A stretch of 64,000 bases of DNA from Eledone cirrhosa. Lineage: Eukaryota. The stretch spans positions 329,406,001-329,470,000 of the forward strand of contig OZ024743.1 of assembly GCA_964016885.1 (NCBI GenBank), written 5' to 3'. Of this stretch, positions 1-12,298 are shown one piece after another. How positions within the stretch are numbered: the stretch's first letter is position 1; each line of letters starts with the position of its first letter. A model generated the notes under the pieces. That model was not told where the DNA came from. It saw only the letters and a program-made list of their open reading frames with translations, and did no database searches. The position numbers were made by a program, and so were the translations under genes.

Positions 1-567
1 ATCTTCGTTCCTTCTTTCGTCATTTTCTTTCTTTCCATCTCATTTCCATCTGTCACCCTTCCTTTATTTATTTATTTATTTATTTATTTTTTTATTTATT
101 TATTTATTTATTTATTTATCATTAATACTATTATTGATGTAGTAATTTGAATCTTTAAGTTTACCGTTACGCATATATTTTATATTTCTTAATAGTTTCT
201 GATGAAATGATTGAAGTTAGATGTTTTTTAAATTGAGTTATACTGTCTCCAGTATTTAGCAATTTATAGACAATTCTATCATGGAAACAATTGTAAGACT
301 GTAAATAAATATCCTTGTTTGTACTGTCAACCATGTTATTCTTCACTTTTTTATTACTCCAACATATATTTACATAGGAATACAAGCGAAGTCATAAAAT
401 CGTCACCATCGTAAACCTCTTGTTGAGTCACACAGCACCGTATGCTTAAACTGTCCATGATAAGTAGTTTTCACAGACTCTTATCGGATTACCTTTAACG
501 ATTTATTGATATATATATATATACTATGATATTAAATAAATGGAAACTATATTTATAAAACCATATT

Positions 568-628
568 TATTCTAATATATATATTTCAAGGGTACCAAAA
601 CTTTGGTACGCTTTCATCAGATAAAATA
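568..628 (-). ncRNA. Type I hammerhead ribozyme (slightly degenerate stem I)
   Basis: Reverse complement reads TATTTTAT-CTGATGA-AAGCGTACCAAA..GGTACCCTT-GAAA-TATATA-TA-TTAGAATA. Confidence 0.65.
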
Positions 629-1046
629 CAAAGTTTGTTTTATAAATGTTGACATAACCAAGAAAAGATACCTTAACGGTTCAAGTTTTTCTTGACTATC
701 CAAGAAAAACTTGAACCGTTAAGTAGAAGGGGGTGTTTAATTTGTTGGAAATCCGACAAATATAAATATAAGTGTTTATAACTGATCCCTCATAACTCAT
801 TTGAACAAATATCTATAACATGATATACCCATCTATTTATTTATTTATTTATCTACTTATAAACGAATGAAAAATATTATATTATAAACAAATTTTAAAC
901 AATTAATATAAATACACATAATATTAAGATATATATTTACATATAAACATATGTAATTGTCCGAATATATTTCCCTCAAATTAACGTTATATGAGTTTTT
1001 TTTATTCATCTTCGGTCTTTTCCTTCTTCTCTCTCTCTCTCTCCCC

Positions 1047-1122
<76 letters not shown>

Positions 1123-1324
1123 ACTATTTTGTCCTTCTTCTCTTCTCTGTTCTTTCTCTCCATAGTCGTTTAAATAAACGGTTGTTTTTCAATTATTTAC
1201 ATATTCATTTGCATATTCACCCATAAGTTTGAAAAATCCCTAATACAATTCCACTATCCAGAGAATATCCAACTCATAAGGTATGATTTTCCTGGGTATG
1301 TCTCAATTTATAAAACAAATTTTG

Positions 1325-1387
1325 TATTTTATCTGAAGAAAGCGTACTAAAGTCATTTGGTACCCTTGAAATATATATAATAAAATA
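1325..1387 (+). ncRNA. Type I hammerhead ribozyme
   Basis: TATTTTAT-CTGAAGA-stem II-GAAA-TATATA-TA^-ATAAAATA. Confidence 0.75.
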
Positions 1388-1449
1388 AATATGGTTTTAT
1401 AAATATAGTTTCCATTTATTTAATATCATTGTATATATATATATATATA

Positions 1450-1717
1450 TGAAAAACAAGATGGCGTAGGACAGATGGCGTAGGACAGAACAAAGGAGAG
1501 GCACAAAAACAAAGAAAAGAATCCCCAGTCACTGAAGAGGTCACATAATGTGTGACGAAAGAACTTTGACAATATATGAACAATCGTTTGGTTATGGAAC
1601 CAACCAACCAACCGGAAATTTATAAATTCTTAAATTTATAAATTTAATTTATAATAAATTGGAGTGAAAGCACTGGTGCGTGTGTTTCTTATTGGCAACA
1701 TGACCCTCCCAAAGCAT

Positions 1718-1722
<5 letters not shown>
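1450..1722 (+). mobile_element. 5'-truncated 3' end of a Penelope-like element with HHR, between (TA)n tracts
   Basis: HHR at 1528-1570. The tail ATGACCCTCCCAAAGCATAACAATA matches ATGACCCTCCCCAAGTATAACAATA at the 3' end of the coding PLE (~41538-41562). Confidence 0.7.
1528..1570 (+). ncRNA. Type I hammerhead ribozyme
   Basis: GTCA-CTGAAGA-G-GTCACA(TAATG)TGTGAC-GAAA-GAAC-TT-TGAC. A degenerate relative at 8311-8363 has stem III AGATCT. Confidence 0.7.
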
Positions 1723-1761
<39 letters not shown>

Positions 1762-2549
1762 AGGAGTTGACGGATTCCAGCATATTTATCAATGCCAGGT
1801 ACCGGTTGTATCTCAGTGTACTCCATGGTCAATATAAGATACATTCCCAGAGTATACACATAGTTATTTGCTTCAACACTAGACAATGTTATGTTCGTTT
1901 AAAGTTAACAAGTTTTACAGACAGATTTCGTTTCTGTTTTTTTTTCTTTTTAATTCAAGAAAGAAGACAAGAAAGAAGGCAGCTAATACATAAATAAATA
2001 AATAAATAATTAAATAATTAAGTAAAGAAGAAAATATCGAAAATGCCTCTCGAAGTAGGTAAATAAAACGGAAAATTTAACGAATCAGATTTGTAACGCC
2101 ATTTTGAATATTAAAAGTTTTTACTTGCAGTGTTTCAATTTAATTCTTACACTTCGTACTTATTTGTTTTAAATTTCATTTTATTTTTATTAGATATTTC
2201 ATTATTATCCGTTGGTTCGTTAACTGAACAAATGTGGTTATGTCGACATAGTTTAACATGACATTCTTTACAGTTCCACCCAGAGCTGGGTGCCTGTGTA
2301 TTTAACACCCTTAGCTAAACCTACAATATATGCATCATTTCCTAAATAGAATAATTTCAATTTACTAAGCTGGCAAATCTAGATTTTGACATATCTTGCT
2401 CAGACCACCATAAGGAAATTACTAAGCCAGCATTTTCTATAGCACAGTCCACACACACCCTCGTCAAATCTTCTTACAGGTCATATCATCATACAACTCT
2501 CTTCAACACTATGATGTTTAATGATTTTCTTCTTCTGGTAAGCTAGTTT

Positions 2550-2640
<91 letters not shown>

Positions 2641-2681
2641 CCCTCTCTCTCTCCCTCTCTATAAAATCTTGATTAAAACAA

Positions 2682-2810
2682 TAATTGTTTCTACTTTAGG
2701 CACAAGGCCAGCAATTACCCAGTACATTACTGGTACTTTATCTTATCGACCGCGTAAGGATGAAAGGCAAAGTTAACCTCGGCAGGATTTGAACTCAGAT
2801 TGTAAAGGGA
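2682..2810 (-). mobile_element. tRNA-derived SINE, family A (partial)
   Basis: Reverse complement of the CTGAGTTCAAATCC (B-box)...CTTTGCCTTTCATCCTTACG..TCGATAA..GTACCAGT..GGCCTTGTGCC motif seen in >10 copies in the window. Confidence 0.75.
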
Positions 2811-2927
2811 TTGATTAAAACAAATAATGAGGCATAACCCATCTCATCAGCCATTTACGAACACGTAAACCTGAATCAATTCCATAGCTAAAGACATATT
2901 TCAGTGGTTATCGCTGGACGAATACGT

Positions 2928-3067
2928 TTTCTTCTTCTTCTTCTTCTTCTTCTTCTTCTTCTTCTTCTTCTTCTTCTTCTTCTTCTTCTTCTTCTTCTTC
3001 TTCTTCTTCTTCTTCTTCTTCTTCTTCTTCTTCTTCTTCTTCTTCTTCTTCTTCTTCTTCTTCTTCT

Positions 3068-3100
<33 letters not shown>

Positions 3101-3385
3101 TCATTACCATCATCATCATCATCATTATCGTCCTTCTCCTCCTCCTCTCCTCCTCCTCCTCCTCCTCATCATCATCATCATCATCATCATCATCAACATC
3201 ATCATAATCATCAACATCCTCCTCCTCCCCCCACCGCCTCCTCCTCCTCCTCATCATCATTATCAAGATCCCCATCCTCCTCCTCCTCTCCTCCTCCTCC
3301 TCCTCCTCCTCCTCCTCCTCATCATCATCATCATCATCACCCCTCCTCCTCCCCATCATCACCCCCCCCCTCATCATCATCACCA
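2928..3385. repeat. Compound trinucleotide microsatellite (TTC/GTC/ATC/CTC)n
   Basis: Directly visible. Confidence 0.95.
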
Positions 3386-3514
3386 TAGCTAGGTACTTCT
3401 AAATATATCTTCATCTCTCTACTTATCCAGCTTCTGTCTCGCTTCCTTCTTTTTCTCCTCCCTCATCAAATATTATGTAGTAGACTTCATCATCTTAATT
3501 CAACATATTTAATT

Positions 3515-4870
3515 ATCTACCAACCACCCTCCGTCCCACCCCCACATATCCACCCCCAGAAACACCCAGCCACCCTCCTTCCACCCCACAGAGACCCCAC
3601 CCCCACACATCCACCCCAGAAACACCCACCATCCCTCCACTCCACAGAACCACCCAGCTACCCTCCTTCCACCCCACAGAGACCCACCATCCCACCCTCC
3701 TTCCACCCCACAGAGACTCCACCAACCCACCCCCACACATCCACCCCAGAAACACCCACCATCCCTCCACTCCACAGCACTACCCAGCCACCCTCCTTCC
3801 AAACCACAGAGACCCCACCATCCCACCCCCCACATATCCACCCCCAGAACCACCCACCATCCCTACACTCCACAGAACCACCCAGCTACCCTCCTTCCAC
3901 CCCACAGATATCCCACCATCCCACCCCCACATATCCACCCCCAGAACCACCCACCAACACTCCACTCCACAGCACTACCCAGCCTCCCTCCGTCCACCCC
4001 ACAGAGACCCCACCATCCCATCCCCACATATCCACCCCCAGAACCACCCACCAACCCTCCACTCCACAGAACCACCCACCATCCCTCCACTCCACAGAAC
4101 CACCCAGCCTCCCTCCGTCCACCCCACAGAGACCCCACCATCCCATCCCCACATATCCACCCCCAGAACCACTCACCAACCCTCCACTCCACAGCACTAC
4201 CCAGCCTCCCTCCGTCCACCCCACAGAGACCCCACCATCCCATCCCCACATATCCACCCCCAGAACCACCCACCAACCCTCCACTCCAAAGCACTACCCA
4301 GCCTCCCTCCGTCCACCCCACAGAGACCCCACCATCCCATCCCCACATATCCACCCCCAGAACCACTCACCAACCCTCCACTCCACAGCACTACCCAGCC
4401 TCCCTCCGTCCACCCCACAGAGACCCCACCATCCCATCCCCACATATCCACCCCCAGAACCACCCACCAACCCTCCACTCCACAGCACTACCCAGCCTCC
4501 CTCCGTCCACCCCACAGAGACCCCACCATCCCATCCCCACATATCCACCCCCAGAACCACCCACCAACCCTCCACTCCAAAGCACTACCCAGCAACCCAC
4601 CTTCCACCCCACAGAGACCCCACCATCCCATCCCCACATATCCACCCCCAGAACCACCCACCAACCCTCCACTCCAAAGCATTACCCAGCAACCCACCTT
4701 CCACCCCACAGAGACCCCACCATCCCATCCCCACATATCCACCTCCATACAACCACCCTCCCTTCACTCCACAAAACCACCCAACCTTCCTCCATCCCCC
4801 AGAATCCTCCCTCCACCCCACAGAACCACCCACATATCCACCGTCCCCATCACCCACATCCCAAACCTTG
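3515..4870. repeat. C-rich minisatellite, ~97-bp unit (G-rich on the minus strand)
   Basis: Repeated CCACCCCACAGAGACCCCACCATCCCATCCCCACATATCCACCCCCAGAACCAC...; ORF offsets of 97 bp (4197, 4294, 4391, 4488). Confidence 0.9.
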
Positions 4871-5019
4871 AGCACCCCCTCCCAATTAATGTTAACAACA
4901 ACCAAGCTAATCGGTTTATCGATCTTCCCTTTGACTACTAAACCTCCCCCTCACACTACCTCTCCTCCTCCCCATATTATAAGGTGCTACCTTCCTTCAA
5001 TAAACTTTTTATTTTTTCC

Positions 5020-6757
5020 CGTGTGTGTGTTTCTCTCACTAATGTGTGTATGTGTGTGTTTTTCTCACTAATGTGTGTGTGTGTTTCTCTCACTAATGTG
5101 TGTGTGTGTGTGTGTGTTTCTCTAACTAGTGTGTGTGTTTCTCTCACTAATGTGTGGGTGTGTGTTTCTCTCACTAATGTGTGTGTGTGTGTGTTTCACT
5201 AACTAATCTGTGTGTATGTTTCTCTCACTAGTGTGTGTATGTTTCTCTCACTAGTGTGTGTATGTTTCTCCCACTAGTGTGTGTGTTTCTCCCACTAATG
5301 TGTGTATGTTTCTCCCACTAGTGTGTGTATGTTTCTCCCACTAGAGTGTGTATGTTTCTCCCACTAGTGTGTGTATGTTTCTCCCACTAGTGCGTGTGTT
5401 TCTCCCACTAGTGTGTGTATGTTTCTCCCACTAGTGTGTGTATGTTTCTCCCACTAGAGTGTGTATGTTTCTCACACTAGTGTGCGTATGTTTCTCCCAC
5501 TAGTGTGTGTGTTTCTCCCATTAGTGTGTGTATGTTACTCCCACTAGTGTGTGTATGTGTCTCCCACTAGTGTGTGTGTGTTTCTTCCACTAGTGTGTGT
5601 GTGTTTCTCCCATTAGTGTGTGTATGTTTCTCCCACTAGTATGTGTATGTTTCTCCCACTAGTGTGTATGTTTCTCCCACTAGTGTGTGTATGTTTCTCT
5701 CACTAGTGTGTGTATGTTTCTCCCACTAGTGTGTGTATGCTTCTCTCATTAGTGTGTGTATATTTCTCCCACTAGTGTGTGTATGTTTCTCTCACTAGTG
5801 TGTGTGTGTTTCTCCCACTAGTGTGTGTGTGTTTCTCCCACTAGTGTGTGTGTGTTTCTCCCACTAGCGTGTGTGTGTTTCACTCACTAGTGTGTGTATG
5901 TTTCTCTCACTAGTGTGTGTGTGTTTCTCCCACTAGCGTGTGTGTGTTTCACCCCCTAGTGTGTTTGTTTCTCCCACTAGTGTGTGTGTGTTTCTCCCAC
6001 TAGTGTGTTTGTTTCTCCCACTAGTGTGTGTGTGTTTCTCCCACTAGTGCGTGTGTTTCTCCCACTAGTGTGTGTGTGTTTCTCCCACTAGTGTGTGTGT
6101 TTCTCCCACTAGTGTGTGTATGTTTCTCTCACTAGTGTGTGTGTGTTTCTCCCACTAGTGTGTGTGTGTTTCTCCCACTAGCATGTGTGTGTTTCTCTCA
6201 CTAGTGTGTGTGTGTTTCTCCCACTAGCGTGTGTGTGTTTCTCCCACTAGCGTGTGTGTGTTTCTCCCACTAGTGTGTGTGTGTTTCTCCCACTAGTGTG
6301 CGTGTGTTTCTTCCACTAGCGTGTGTGTGTTTCTTCCACTAGTGTGTGTATGTTTCTCTCACTAGTGTGTGTGTGTTTCTCCCACTAGCGTGTGTGTGTT
6401 TCTCCCACTAGCGTGTGTGTGTTTCTCCCACTAGTGTGTGTATGTTTCTCTCACTAGTGTGTGTGTGTTTCTCCCACTAGTGTGTGTATGTTTCTCTCAC
6501 TAGTGTGTGTATGTTTCTCCCACTAGTGTGTGAATGTTTCTCCCACAAGTGTGTGTATGTTTCTCCCACTAGCGTGTGTGTGTTTCTCCCACTAGTGTGT
6601 GTGTATTTCTCCCACTAGTGTGTTTGTTTCTCCCACTAGTGTGTGTGTGTTTCTCCCACTAGTGTGTGTGTTTCTCCCACTAGTGTGTGTGTGTTTCTCC
6701 CACTAGTGTGTGTATGTTTCTCTCACTAGTGTGTGCGTTTCTCCCACTAGTGTGTGT
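5020..6757. repeat. Minisatellite, ~20-22-bp unit GTTTCTCCCACTAGTGTGTGT(AT)
   Basis: Directly visible; the unit contains the palindrome CACTAGTG. Confidence 0.95.
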
Positions 6758-6832
6758 TTGGATGTTTGTATTGGAATGGCGTCTGTTTCGTTTGTTGTTC
6801 TCGTTTTCTCGCCTTCTTTCTTTCTCTACTCA

Positions 6833-6893
<61 letters not shown>

Positions 6894-7099
6894 CCGGTCT
6901 CTGTCTGTCTCTCTCTCTCTCCCTCTCTCTCTCCCCCCCTCTCTCTCTCCTTCTCTCTCTCTCTCTGTCTCTCTGTCTCTGTAACCCCCCTCTCTCTCTC
7001 CCCTTCGTTCTTTCCTTCTCCAGTCATCTTTCCATTCTTCCTCTCATAATCCTCAACTGCGCCTTCATATACATATGCTACCGACCGGAAACGATTTCA

Positions 7100-7615
7100 G
7101 TTGATGGTGGTGGTGGGGTGGTGGTGGTGGTGGTTGTTGGTGGTGATGGTGGTTGTAGTGGTGGTGGTGGTGATGGTGGTGGTAGTGGTGCTGGTGGTAG
7201 TGGTGGTGGTGGTGGTGGTTGTAGTGGTAGGGTGGTGGTGGTGGTGGTGGTGATGGTGGTGGTGGTAGTGGTGGTGGTAGTGGTGGTGGTGGTGGTGGTG
7301 GTGGTGGTGTTGGAGGTAGTTGTGGTAGTGTTGGTGGTATTTGTTGTGGTGGTGGTGGTGCTGCTGCTGGTGGTAGTGGTGGGTGGTGATGGTAGTGGTG
7401 GTGGTGGTAGTTGTGTTAGTGGTGGTGGTGGTGGTGGTGGTGATGGTGGTGGTGGTAGTGGTGATGATAGTGGTGGTGGTGGTGGTGGAGGTAGTTGTGA
7501 TAGTGGTGGTGGTGGTGGTGGTAGTGGTGGTGGTGGTGTTGGTGGTTATGGTGGTGGTGTTGGTGGTGGTGGTTGGGGTGATTATGGTGGTGGTGACGGT
7601 GTTGGTGGTTGTGTT
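7100..7615. repeat. (GGT)n degenerate microsatellite
   Basis: Directly visible. Confidence 0.95.
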
Positions 7616-8445
7616 GTTATTTTTTTCTTTTGTCTTCTGCTTGAACGTGCAACGACCTTATTGAAATAGTGAAAAGAAAACGCTTGTTTTATTGATTGAG
7701 TCCAACTGATTGAACGCCATCCTAAATGAACAAACGCCGTCTTAAATGATCAAGTGCCGGACTAAATGATTGAATGCCGGACTAAATTATCGAATGTTGA
7801 ACTATATTTTTAAAAGTTTTTAGTTACATAAAAATATTATAAGGTGAAATTTTGCCGAGGTCACAACTTCAATTTATCATCATTTAGGTTAAGGATCTAC
7901 TCCACTACATCACAGTTGGGTAATGCTGTCAACTACTATAACTACCTCCGTCAATTGTTTGGGAGTAGGTACCATACTTTTTGCTAATGGTTTTAGGTAC
8001 AGATGCAGACACAGACGCAGCCACTGTCTTGGCTATCACTCCTTCGATCCAGCGGAACATCCATGATATGCGCGATGTTAGTATGGGGGGGGGGGTCTGA
8101 AAAATTAATAAATGTGTGTGTGTGGGGGGGGGGGATTATTGGAGACCCGAGGGTAGTTAGAACGTGGGATAAAATGCTTTGCGGTATCCATTCCGGATCT
8201 CTGTGCTCTGAATTCAAATTCATCTTGTATTTCTGTGTTACCTCAGAAATACAAGGTGGAGTACAAACAAATAATAAAACCAGAAACCAGAAACCAGAGG
8301 AAAAGAATTAGTCATTGAGGAGGGCAGAGAATGTGTGAGGAAAGATCTTTGACAAACTAAATATTAATTAATAATAAGCTAAAGTGAAAATCAAATAGTG
8401 CGTGTTTTTTTATTGGCAATATTGGCATGATAACCATCCTCAAAT

Positions 8446-8476
<31 letters not shown>

Positions 8477-8568
8477 TAATATATATATATACACACACAC
8501 AAGCACACACATATAGATATATGTGTGTGTGTAACTATATATATATATATATATATATGATTTCTTTT

Positions 8569-8614
<46 letters not shown>

Positions 8615-10546
8615 CAATATTGTGCTGTGATAAAAAAGAAATAAATTGCGTGTTTGAAATAATTTCCGGTAAAACTCTCATGAAGACCTTTCAGTATTAT
8701 CTGTTAAAGATAATTTCTTTCAGACAAATAAGAAAATATAGGAACGACAGTCACTTTCAATATTTCATAGACTTAAGAAACAGAAATCTTGTGAAGATTT
8801 CGGATTTTTGTTTACAACATGAGTCAACGACGACCATAGACTACTTTAAGAAACATAACAAAATACAGTTCAAATGATTTAGACACGACATATTAGTTTT
8901 GTTGACCACCTAACCTTAAAAGCCATTTAGGTGAGTGACAGCCATCTTCTAACTGATGGCTTCTCACACCTACATCTTCTGACATTTGCTTTTAAATCCA
9001 TCAAAGTGCCTATAGTGGAATCTGCATAACCTCTTCTTACGCTTCATCCTCTTTTTAAGCTACTGCTGCTGCTACTGCTGCTGCTACCTCACAAAATAAC
9101 TACGATATATCGTACATCTTCTCAAATCTGTTCTAAGATCTTCAAAGTGCGTGTAAGATTCATACTTCACTGACTAGGTTTTAATATGACAGAAACACGT
9201 TTTCCATTATCACTGTACCAACGATAAAATTTACTCCCCGCAATTTTGAATCACTTTGTATTTTAGAGTTGCCTTCCTTGTTTCCTGATAAACTATAACA
9301 TTAGCGCTGACTTTCACCTTAGGGCGGTCTTTTGATTGATTAAACATATTTTTCTCACTATTTCAATTACTTCAGTTACATTAGCTGTAGGTGCTGATGG
9401 TTGGTATGCCTGAGCTGGGCAATGGGGTGACCCCAGCTGGCCTACAAAATAGCTCAAATAGGTTGTTTCTCATCTCTAGCGGCTAGACTCCCACCCACGC
9501 ATACTCGTCGTGTCACTAACTCCACCAAATTGAGTTGGGTGTGAAGGTGGATGCTCGGTGCTATAACCGATGCAATACTTAGATTGCCCTATCCTAAAGT
9601 GCATATACTTGCAGCTGGGTACCGCCTGTGAAACCAGTTGCCTAAGGAAACTCCATTGAAATGAACTTACAGTGTGAATTCCTTCGATGGAGCCGGCTCT
9701 ACCTATCTCGGGGGAACGGCGTCACATGTACAATTACATTAGCTGTATATTCTTTTAAGAGATTTAATCGTTAACTTTTATTAACAATGATTTTTAGCTT
9801 ACACGGTGGGTCGCATAGGATGTGGTTTATCCTATGGCGAGCCGCACTAATAAAGCAATTGAAGTCAATTCTAAAATTAGGCATGCCAATCAGGAAGCAA
9901 AACACGCTGCATGCGGCTCCTTGACCAGTTTTCCATGACTGTTCTAAAGAAAATAAATTTCCTCGAAATTTTTCATTAGTGTTATCGTTCATGATTTTCA
10001 GGACCAGGAAGCCTTCGTTTCTGTAAAGGATGGAAGATATTCAGTATATATTTGGTCTGGTTCGAAGAGACCATCTGGCCACTAACCTCGGTTGAATCAA
10101 ATGTGCTCATTCTGACATGAAATGTGTGTGAAGAGTTCTATTTAACTCACAGGCTGTTGTTGAAGAAAAGTGAGATGTTCTGATTTTGAATTATATTTCA
10201 ACATATATATTTCGATCCAACCTCAAAACTCCCTTCTAACATAGCCACCGCGACCATATATATGGCCTTGCTTCTCCATATGCCAAACATACTTATAGTA
10301 TGGAGATAGAAATTATAAGTGCATTTATCACACAGTTGCATCACTGCAAGACAAGAGATATCCTGGTGTCTCATTAAAAAGGTATTTATAATACATTAGT
10401 TGTTAGGGTATGCCATCATAACGATATCTCACTGGTCAGGCGATCATACACACACACAATATATATATATATCATAAATCATGTCCTTAGAATTATTAGA
10501 TAACATATATACCATTTCCTCTCCCAAATATATATATATATATATA

Positions 10547-11513
10547 TCTGTTGAGCTCTGCTGATGAATGAAATTCCAACCGTGACCATCTCCACTGAAA
10601 GTTTTCATGAAATAGTCTTTTAAGACTATACAGAGCATTTGATGTTATTCCAAATTGAAGGATAAGTGTTTCAAACTTTATTTTATCATGAGTTAAAGGT
10701 CTATAGATTTTTCCCTGGATTTTACTAAATTCTGTGGATGAATTTATATCCTGATTCTCTTTTGAGATGAGTTTGAGTTATTTTTCCTAAATCTTTCGTT
10801 AACTACTTTTCCCATCTTGACGTTATAGTCGCATATATGTTATAGAATGCCGTTAGCTTCTTGCTAAAACAATCTCTATACCTCTCATTTATATTTATAC
10901 TCGGATTCTTTTCCTAGAGTGCTTAAACTATCTGTGACTAATCCCGGTTTTTTTTTCATAAAAACTGTGATAATTATTGCTATTTTGCTGAACTCCTTTG
11001 TAGAGTTTTTTTTCAGAATGTATTTGACTGCTATTTCTTGTAAATAAACATTCACTTCCATCCTGACGTCACTAGCCCCGTTTTTTTCCTCATGTGCTTT
11101 TTCATAAATACACATGAAGGCGAACTAGCCAGTTTTAGAATTCCCTTTTTCGGATTATATTACTGTGAGAGCCCTGGTTTCTGTTGAGCTCTGCTGATGA
11201 ATGAAATTCCAACCGTGACCATCTCCACTGAAAGTTTTCATGTCTTTTAAGACTATACAGAGCATTTGATGTTATTCCAAATTGAAGGATAAGTGTTTCA
11301 AACTTTATTTTATCATGAGTTAAAGGTCTATAGATTTTTCCCTGGATTTTACTAAATTCTGTGGATGAATTTATATCCTGATTCTCTTTTGAGATGAGTT
11401 TGAGTTATTTTTCCTAAATCTTTCGTTAACTACTTTTCCCATCTTGACGTTATAGTCGCATATATGTTATAGAATGCCGTTAGCTTCTTGCTAAAACAAT
11501 CTCTATACCTCTC

Positions 11514-11520
<7 letters not shown>
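10547..11520. repeat. ~340-bp direct duplication (10547-10890 and 11180-11520)
   Basis: Near-identical TCTGTTGAGCTCTGCTGATGAATG...CTATACCTCTCATTTATA blocks; outer ends abut (TA)n. Confidence 0.85.
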
Positions 11521-11543
<23 letters not shown>

Positions 11544-11547
<4 letters not shown>

Positions 11548-11791
11548 TTAATATAGATGAGATTCTACAGGACTAGAACTGTTTCATTCTTTTAAATCTC
11601 TTAAAAGAATATACAGCTAATGTAATTGTACATGTGGCGCCGTTCCCCCGGGATGGGTAGATTCCTGATGATTTCTAAAGAATGAAACAGTTCTAGTCCT
11701 GTAGAATCTCATCTATATTAAAACTTTTATACTCTACAATGTATTGAGTACCTTACTTACTGTGGTTACCTCCGATTCAACCCGGAATAAC

Positions 11792-11792
<1 letters not shown>
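11544..11792 (+). mobile_element. (TA)n-flanked fold-back HHR module (family also at 26820-27025 and 62355-62650)
   Basis: Inverted arms ~11544-11590 and ~11680-11725 plus a unique 3' tail; HHR at 11659-11709. Confidence 0.7.
11659..11709 (+). ncRNA. Type I hammerhead ribozyme (GUA cleavage)
   Basis: AGATTC-CTGATGA-TTTC(TAAA)GAAT-GAAA-CAG(TTCTAGTC)CTG-TA^-GAATCT. Confidence 0.7.
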
Positions 11793-11837
<45 letters not shown>

Positions 11838-11845
<8 letters not shown>

Positions 11846-12260
11846 AGATCAAAAGATGGTTAAATGAGTTCCATGTATTTTATTATGCGCATTTCAAAAA
11901 CAAATATCATCATGCAATAACATTTGTGTTTTCATCAGATAAAATAGGAGGACATGAAATGAAGGTTAAAAACACTTGTGGATAGTGCAGTTTTAAATCA
12001 ACATTAAATCAACATATCATGTTGATTTAAAATCAAGTGTTTTTAACCTTCATATCATGTCCTCCTATTTTATCTGATGAAAACACAACTGTTATTGCAT
12101 GATGATATGTGTTTTTGAAATACGCATAATAAAATACATGGAACTCATTTAACCATCTTTTGATCTCATATATTATGTATACTCCAGTCCTACAAAACTG
12201 TAGAGTGCTTCTTATCCGATATCTGCATTGCTTTATTGTACTACAATAAAACTCACCTCC

Positions 12261-12262
<2 letters not shown>
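11838..12262 (+). mobile_element. (TA)n-flanked fold-back HHR module (family also at 21962-22305)
   Basis: ~160-bp inverted arms with HHRs at 11876-11946 (-) and 12066-12136 (+), and a unique 3' tail to 12262. Confidence 0.75.
12066..12136 (+). ncRNA. Type I hammerhead ribozyme
   Basis: TATTTTAT-CTGATGA-AAACACA...TGTGTTTTT-GAAA-TACGCA-TA^-ATAAAATA. Mirror copy at 11876-11946 has stem III ATGCGCAT. Confidence 0.8.

Positions 12263-12295
<33 letters not shown>

Positions 12296-12298
<3 letters not shown>

Larger units (their letters stand above)
523..1431. mobile_element. (TA)n-flanked fold-back element with HHR-bearing inverted arms (Penelope-like remnant)
   Basis: Arms ~525-640 and ~1305-1431 are reverse complements. 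(TA)n on both sides. HHR in each arm. Same family at 12390-13925 and 62073-62220. Confidence 0.75.

Noticed and set aside
523-1431. Interpreting the fold-back modules as MITEs
   Set aside because: Arm lengths vary between copies of a family, one side usually has a unique tail, and the arms contain HHRs, which fits retro-insertion with inversion better.
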